Source of the DNA: a virus
Taxonomy: Duplodnaviria; Caudoviricetes
Virus record (IMG/VR): IMGVR_UViG_3300034418_010258
Span: 1 to 39,890 of that record
Strand: one strand, 5' to 3'
Length of the DNA stretch: 39,890 nucleotides
Numbering within the stretch: position 1 is the stretch's first letter; the number at the start of each line of letters is the position of its first letter. A program made the position numbers and the translations under genes. Of the stretch, positions 34,664 to 39,890 are shown in pieces. Under the pieces are notes generated by a model. The model saw only the letters and a list, made by a program, of their open reading frames with translations. It was not told the origin of the DNA and searched no databases.

Positions 34664-37600
34664 TTAGTCGGTTAGAATGTTTTCCCCGAGTCTGCTTAGA
34701 TCGCGGAATAGGTGCATGAATGATGCGGATGCAGCCGCAGAGTCTGAGAAGATTCCCATGCCTTCGATGAGTCCCTCGAGGTCGCGGAGAGCAGTGCCGT
34801 CCTCGATGCTCTCACCTGTCAACAGACGGGGAATGCGAGTGGCGCCCCTCCCGATAGACGAGAGCGGAGTCGAGTCGTATTTGTATTCGCCGGCCAGGGA
34901 GTAGATCATGGACTGGATTTCTTCGCCAAAGATGGGAACACCGTAAAGCCATTCAGTCATCGCGTCGAGCATGAAACGACGCGCCCATTGGTTCTGTGCA
35001 TCAAAGTAGCTCTCGTCGTCAGAGTCCCGCGCCTCTCTCCATACGTTCCGAATCACAGCAGACATGATGCCCTGAAGGATGACCGCATAGGCGACCGACC
35101 GTCCCAGTCTGGTTGCGTCTTTTGTCACTGCCGCGACCAGCATGAGACCGATGTTCTTCCGCGCCTCACTACCGAAGTTGAACACCAATGCACCGAGAGG
35201 GTTGGCGGAGAATGCCAGTTCCACCGATGACCTCGCGCCGGGTCGCGTTGGTTGAGCTACCTTGTCGGTGATTCTCTCAGCCTCGTTGAGCGCATGCTTC
35301 TCCGGGTTCGGCATCCCCTTTGCCTTTGCCGCGGATAGCCTCTGGTCGTAGATGATCGCGAAGGTGCCTGCCGTGAAGAGAGCGTCCGCGCCGGCGATCG
35401 TGCGCCCGAGGTTGCCGACAGCATATTTCAAATCGTTGCCCGTGCCGCGGCGGAATCCTCGCGCCATGTCCCCGAGTCCCGCGGAGTCCAACCAGGCAGG
35501 GACATCGTAGACGTTGTTGTGCTGCAATGCCTGCCGGACGATTGGTGGCATCTCCTCCAGTCTCCTCTGGATGTAGTCGGAGTTCCATGCCTCTTTCCAC
35601 CCCATCTCGAGGTCTCCACTGAAAAGTTTCACGATTCTGCTGTAGTAGTCAGCCGCGGACATCTCCGCTCTGGCTGCCGTGAGTTGCGAGGATTGCAGGG
35701 CGATCGTCCCGATGCGTCCGACAATTGCCATCTGCGCGAAGTTGGATGTCGCCTTGCCCAACCAGTCTGTATTGAATCCCAACTCCGCCCCTGCCATGGT
35801 GTTCCCGTTCTCGCGGTAGAACCGCAGGAAAAAATTCAGGTTGTTCACCGACTCGACCCCGAACTTCTCGGTCAGCCCGTTCTGAATCGATCGCTCCCCG
35901 AGGATTGCCTGGGCATCCCGGTTGAATTCGGCGAAGGCAAGGAAGTGGTTTATCTGCCGCTTGTGTCCGGAAAACTTCTGGAGGGCATTCACAAATGTGG
36001 GTCGCGCAATCGCATGCCCCCGTGAACGGAGTGAGTTCGGCGTGACAGTGCCGCTCTTGGTGAGTCCGGTGGTCGGATCCATCTGGTCGCGGTTCGTCTC
36101 CGAAACACCCTGCACCTTCAGCGGCGCGTAGAAGATGTTCTTCGGGAGGTTCACCCCGTAGATCTCCCTGTAGAGAGGGTTGATTCGCTCCCACTCTTTC
36201 CGGTATTGCTTCCGGAGAAACTTGTAGACCTTGATCGCGGCCGGCGCCTTTTCGGTGAGTTGCCGCTTCAGGTCGTCGACAAACTTCTGGTCGTAGTGCC
36301 AGTACTCACGACCTCCTTTGCGAGGGTTGCCCTCCTCATCGAGCGGACCCATCATATGGCGCCGGCCGTCTTCCTGTCTCCAGGTGAGAAGAATGTCGAC
36401 CGATTGCATCGGCGTGAAGTTGCCCTCCTTCGTCTCGATAATGTCCTGGTTGAGATCCCAGTCCACCTTCATGCCGTTGCGTTTGCTGCCTCCGATTTGC
36501 TGCATCAGTCCCTGCACAAGGTTGCCGGTCTCCTGATCCAGATCATGCCGGAGGTTCTCTGCATGCCTGAGCCTGTCCGTCCAGTAGGTGTAGGTCTCCG
36601 ACTCCGAACCGAACCAGTAGTCGAATAGTTGGTCCCAGGTGAGCAGACCCTGTGCGCCCTTCCGGTGTTTCTTTGCCTCGTTCAGGGCATTCTGGAGGGC
36701 CGCTACGTTGCCAGAAGCTTTAGCGTCCGACCATGCCTCGTTGCGTTTCTCCTCGAGGAATTCTCTCCGCTTCGCCTCGTTCTGCTTCCTCATCTCCCAG
36801 GCGCCGACCCGGAGTTCTTCCAGCGTGTCGACGGCATGAAAGCGCAGGATCGAGTCCAGTTCCATCCAGCCGGCGAAACCTCGATACATCTCCGCAGTGA
36901 GTTCCAGTTTCGCGATCTTGTTGTGGTGCTCCTCCAGTTGGTCAGGAGTCATCTTGGAAACGTCTTCCGACTCCATGGTCTCCGCTTCCAGTTGGAGTTT
37001 CTCCGCTTCGATCTCACCCTTCGCCCGGTCCCATGCCATTGCCTGGTCGGCTGCCTCGAAGAGTTCGTAGAATTCTGCCGTCAGGGTTCCCTTCCGCTTT
37101 TTCCCTGCGCTCCGGTCGTCGCCCCGCTTGATCTTCCGGAACAGGTTCTTCCGGGTTTCCTCCGCTTCCTTCCACAAGAAGTATTCGAGTTCCTGATCGA
37201 GCTTCGCTACCCGTCTCTCGATCTCCTGAAGCATTGCCGCAGGAGTCTTCAGTGATGCAATCCTGTTCGAGCCTCGCAGCAGTTTCCCCCGCACCTCTGG
37301 GGGCGCCTGCATGGTGATCGCTTCAATTGTCCGCAGGGCAGCCCTGAGTTGCTCACGGTCCAGGGTGGTGACATCTTTCGCCTCCTGCCTGTAGTAGATC
37401 TGAGCTTCCTTCCGCGCCTCCGAAAGCATCTTCTTGCGCTCTTCATCGGTGACCGTTCGACCTGCTTTCTCCTCCTCCTCGACGAAGTCCTCGACGGTCT
37501 TCTTTGCGCGGAGTCGAATCTCTTCCTTCCTGCTCTCCTCGATCAGTCCCTGCTGCTCGACTATGTCGACCCATTTCTCGAGTTGCTCCTGCGCCCGTTC

Positions 37601-39890
37601 GCGAATATTGCGGACGATTTCCCCACGGAGTTTCGGTGACCGCTGAAACGGTGACAGCATCTGGTCGACCCGTGCCTGCGCCTCCGCGTAGTCCTTCGGC
37701 ATACGGAGGGCGGAGTATGACGCCCCACTCGCTAGAGTTGCGAGGGCGGCGTCTCTTCCTGCTTTGTCGAGTCCAAGTACTCGAAGCCCACTCTCATCAA
37801 GTCCCCCAATGGACCTTCCGAGTCGATCAGATTTTCTGGGTAGTAGTCTTCCACCTGTTCCAGCATCCCCTCCAGGATCGGAATCGAATGCTCCACCTGT
37901 GTCGTCGCGAAGATTCCCATCAGCAGTTCTTGCTGCTGCTTTCCTAGCTTTTGCAATCGCTCTTGCGGCCACGCCTGATTGAGCATGCTCTGAAGTGCGT
38001 CGTCTTGTAGTTGCCCCGTCATGCTCCATTACTACCACAGGTGGGAGTCCGTGTCTACTCTCTTCCCATCCCTGTGACTCCCACACTTTCCGGCGCTTTT
38101 TGTCCTCCTCGAGTAGTTCCTTATCTGTCCGGGTATCCCCTTCATCCCGGTAGAGGGGATCATAGGGAAACGTCTGCGTGACCTTCCACCCATGGTTGCC
38201 GTATAGCGTTGGGAGAATGCCGTCCGGCATGCGGTCATTCGAGACTGCGAATGCGTCCAGAACATTTGCTCCCTCGCTTAGTGCTTTCGCCATGATCAGG
38301 TTCAGCATGCCCTTCGTCGCGACATTGGAGGTAACTCCAACCAATTCCCTGCGCCCGGTATCAGTCACCTTGCGTGTCTTCTCATCGTATTCGCCAATCT
38401 TGATCGCAAAATAAACGTCGTCATCCCCCAGTCGAAACACCTTCATGTGACCGTCCCGCGCCCATTTGCCGACCTCCTTCGGGTCGTAGTGGGTAAGCGT
38501 GTCGCCTGCCTCGTTCTGACGTATTGCTCTTGTGAATTCCACCACTCCCTGCTGCTTCGAGGTATCGATCACCTTCCAGTTGTCCATCACCGCATTGAAC
38601 ATTGCCTGCGCCTCCGCTCTGGAAATGGGAATGTTCTGCGCATTGTTCACCGTGTCGACCACATCCTGCTCCAGCAATGGGGCGCGGATCCCAGTGGAAA
38701 GCGTTCGGCCCAGTAGGTAATCGGGGCGTGAGGTTGGCTTTTTCTTTGCCATGTCCTCCAGCATTCGACCACCTACCAGGTCCAGCGGAATGGGTCTCCG
38801 CAAATGACTCACTAGTTTCCCGGGTATGACATGGGAGTAGGACAGATGTTCCTGCACTCCGAATGCAGCCGCAGACAGGTCGGGCTTTTCGACGTTCTTA
38901 TTTTTCCCGAAATATGCGTCGAGCGCATCGTAGTCGACCTCAATCAGTGAGATGATAGATGACGTTTCGAGACCCTCGAACGACTGGTCTCTGGCTTGAT
39001 TTAGGATCCTCTTGATCGGTATCACGCCAATCTCCTCGGCCGCGGCTGAGTTCATTGTCTTGATGACGAAAGCTCTCTCATCGAATGACAGGGAGGAAAT
39101 GTATGACTCAAATTTTGAGGCGGAAAACTTCTTTGGGAAACGAGTGAGTTTCTCCGTTCCTGCCTTTGTTGACCCCGCTTTTTTACGGATCAATTCAGAC
39201 AGGTTTGCTTCCTGTTCAAGTGATAGCGCCCCGTCCCTGATAGCCTCCTCGATCGCGTTGAAAACAATTCTCTGGAATGTCACGTTCGACTTGTGCGCCT
39301 CTTGCGCCATCGAATATGGAGCAATCAATGCGCGGCGCCGCCCCTCTTCGTCGGTCCAGTATGCCTTCGTTTTCGTCAGACTTTGATAAATCGAGCGGAC
39401 CCCAACCTCTTTTGATGCCCATGCTGCGGTATCCTTGTCAGGGTCGTTCGGATCAAAATGCAGCAGAGGGTATGCTGGGCCGCCCTGGACATCCACCCCG
39501 AACAGTTTTCCACCACCCGAGAGCAGGTCTGCCATGATGGGAAGGAACGGTTTCCCTACATATTCCTCTGGAATTGTGCCGGGGATTCCCTTCTGGTCTG
39601 CCAGGGTGTTGGCAGGGACAAGCATCACCGAGTGCGTTCTCATCGAGTGGTAGACGCCTTCATGAGTCGTCTTCAACCCCTTCCCTGCGTCCCAGATCCA
39701 GTGATGAATCACATGCGCGGCGACCTCTTCGGGGATTTTTGAGCCTCCCTCTGCCGTCTTGCGTAAGTTGTTGATTCTCTTGCGAATCCGGCGGAACAAA
39801 TCCTCCGATTCCGTCTTCGATCCGGATGCCCGTTTCGCCACTGCCGCTCTCTTCTTGTTCGCCTTCGACGCGTAGGTGGTTTCCCCTTCA
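34664..39890 (-). CDS. Giant polyvalent virion/ejection protein, C-terminal part (end of HhH-GPD-like domain, GNAT domain, long helical C-terminus)
   Basis: The 1725-aa track ORF stays open to the window end and joins 1..5615 through the terminal overlap. GNAT-like segment: ELVGVTSN...GANVLDAFAV...GILPTLYGNHGW...PYDP...PPVVVME. Confidence 0.9.
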   Translation of the reverse strand, partial: EGETTYASKANKKRAAVAKRASGSKTESEDLFRRIRKRINNLRKTAEGGSKIPEEVAAHVIHHWIWDAGKGLKTTHEGVYHSMRTHSVMLVPANTLADQKGIPGTIPEEYVGKPFLPIMADLLSGGGKLFGVDVQGGPAYPLLHFDPNDPDKDTAAWASKEVGVRSIYQSLTKTKAYWTDEEGRRRALIAPYSMAQEAHKSNVTFQRIVFNAIEEAIRDGALSLEQEANLSELIRKKAGSTKAGTEKLTRFPKKFSASKFESYISSLSFDERAFVIKTMNSAAAEEIGVIPIKRILNQARDQSFEGLETSSIISLIEVDYDALDAYFGKNKNVEKPDLSAAAFGVQEHLSYSHVIPGKLVSHLRRPIPLDLVGGRMLEDMAKKKPTSRPDYLLGRTLSTGIRAPLLEQDVVDTVNNAQNIPISRAEAQAMFNAVMDNWKVIDTSKQQGVVEFTRAIRQNEAGDTLTHYDPKEVGKWARDGHMKVFRLGDDDVYFAIKIGEYDEKTRKVTDTGRRELVGVTSNVATKGMLNLIMAKALSEGANVLDAFAVSNDRMPDGILPTLYGNHGWKVTQTFPYDPLYRDEGDTRTDKELLEEDKKRRKVWESQGWEESRHGLPPVVVMEHDGATTRRRTSEHAQSGVAARAIAKARKAAARTADGNLRDDTGGAFDSDPGGDAGTGGRLLPRKSDRLGRSIGGLDESGLRVLGLDKAGRDAALATLASGASYSALRMPKDYAEAQARVDQMLSPFQRSPKLRGEIVRNIRERAQEQLEKWVDIVEQQGLIEESRKEEIRLRAKKTVEDFVEEEEKAGRTVTDEERKKMLSEARKEAQIYYRQEAKDVTTLDREQLRAALRTIEAITMQAPPEVRGKLLRGSNRIASLKTPAAMLQEIERRVAKLDQELEYFLWKEAEETRKNLFRKIKRGDDRSAGKKRKGTLTAEFYELFEAADQAMAWDRAKGEIEAEKLQLEAETMESEDVSKMTPDQLEEHHNKIAKLELTAEMYRGFAGWMELDSILRFHAVDTLEELRVGAWEMRKQNEAKRREFLEEKRNEAWSDAKASGNVAALQNALNEAKKHRKGAQGLLTWDQLFDYWFGSESETYTYWTDRLRHAENLRHDLDQETGNLVQGLMQQIGGSKRNGMKVDWDLNQDIIETKEGNFTPMQSVDILLTWRQEDGRRHMMGPLDEEGNPRKGGREYWHYDQKFVDDLKRQLTEKAPAAIKVYKFLRKQYRKEWERINPLYREIYGVNLPKNIFYAPLKVQGVSETNRDQMDPTTGLTKSGTVTPNSLRSRGHAIARPTFVNALQKFSGHKRQINHFLAFAEFNRDAQAILGERSIQNGLTEKFGVESVNNLNFFLRFYRENGNTMAGAELGFNTDWLGKATSNFAQMAIVGRIGTIALQSSQLTAARAEMSAADYYSRIVKLFSGDLEMGWKEAWNSDYIQRRLEEMPPIVRQALQHNNVYDVPAWLDSAGLGDMARGFRRGTGNDLKYAVGNLGRTIAGADALFTAGTFAIIYDQRLSAAKAKGMPNPEKHALNEAERITDKVAQPTRPGARSSVELAFSANPLGALVFNFGSEARKNIGLMLVAAVTKDATRLGRSVAYAVILQGIMSAVIRNVWREARDSDDESYFDAQNQWARRFMLDAMTEWLYGVPIFGEEIQSMIYSLAGEYKYDSTPLSSIGRGATRIPRLLTGESIEDGTALRDLEGLIEGMGIFSDSAAASASFMHLFRDLSRLGENILTD
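39762..39890. repeat. Terminal direct repeat, right copy
   Basis: Same sequence as 1-129 with one mismatch. The repeat lies inside a continuous reading frame. Confidence 0.95.

Larger units (their letters stand above)
1..39890 (-). mobile_element. Complete or near-complete circularly permuted tailed phage genome (podovirus-like; T7/BPP-1-type head-tail module with lambdoid-type replication genes)
   Basis: Terminal overlap 1-129 = 39762-39890. Terminase, portal, scaffold, capsid, tail tubular A/B, ejection proteins, tail fibre, endolysin and replication/recombination genes are all on the minus strand, with frequent ATGA/TAATG coupling. Confidence 0.95.

Noticed and set aside
192-39774. Plus-strand ORFs in the track (e.g. 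3840..4697, 15075..16043, 36629..37255)
   Set aside because: They are antisense shadows of well-supported minus-strand genes and have no recognisable motifs.
34664-39841. Stand-alone 1725-aa gene with a GTG start at 39841
   Set aside because: The frame stays open through the terminal overlap up to the ATG at 5615, so this is the C-terminal half of one gene.
1-39890. Integrase, CI/Cro switch, tRNA genes, DNA or RNA polymerase
   Set aside because: None was recognisable by eye. A highly diverged copy among the hypothetical genes cannot be excluded without HMM searches.

Overview
This window looks like an essentially complete, circularly permuted genome of a podovirus-like phage. Positions 1-129 repeat 39762-39890, giving a unique length of about 39,761 bp. 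Every credible gene is on the minus strand. In transcription order the modules are: early genes behind a near-consensus sigma70 promoter at ~32100 (MarR-like HTH, ERF recombinase, RecE-like exonuclease, replication initiator with iterons, DnaC-like loader, C5 methyltransferase); a variable region; TerS/TerL; portal, scaffold and major capsid; T7 gp11/gp12-like tail proteins; ejection proteins; tail fibre; an alpha/beta hydrolase; and an M15 endolysin. I recognised no integrase, DNA polymerase or RNA polymerase. Four things stand out. (1) At 23930-25900 there is an integrase-less array of integron-like attC cassettes. Each cassette's two ends are 8-9 bp reverse complements, and the genes run antisense to the attC sites and overlap them. 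(2) A ~3,570-aa polyvalent virion protein spans the contig junction and is mostly missed by the ORF track. It carries three ADP-ribosyltransferase-like cassettes bounded by DNA direct repeats, an HhH-GPD glycosylase-like domain and a GNAT domain. (3) The methyltransferase is split over two overlapping frames, as in M.EcoHK31I. (4) An unannotated lipoprotein and a TM-coiled-coil-PAS protein sit among the ejection genes. All functional calls come from manual translation and motif recognition; no database searches were run.
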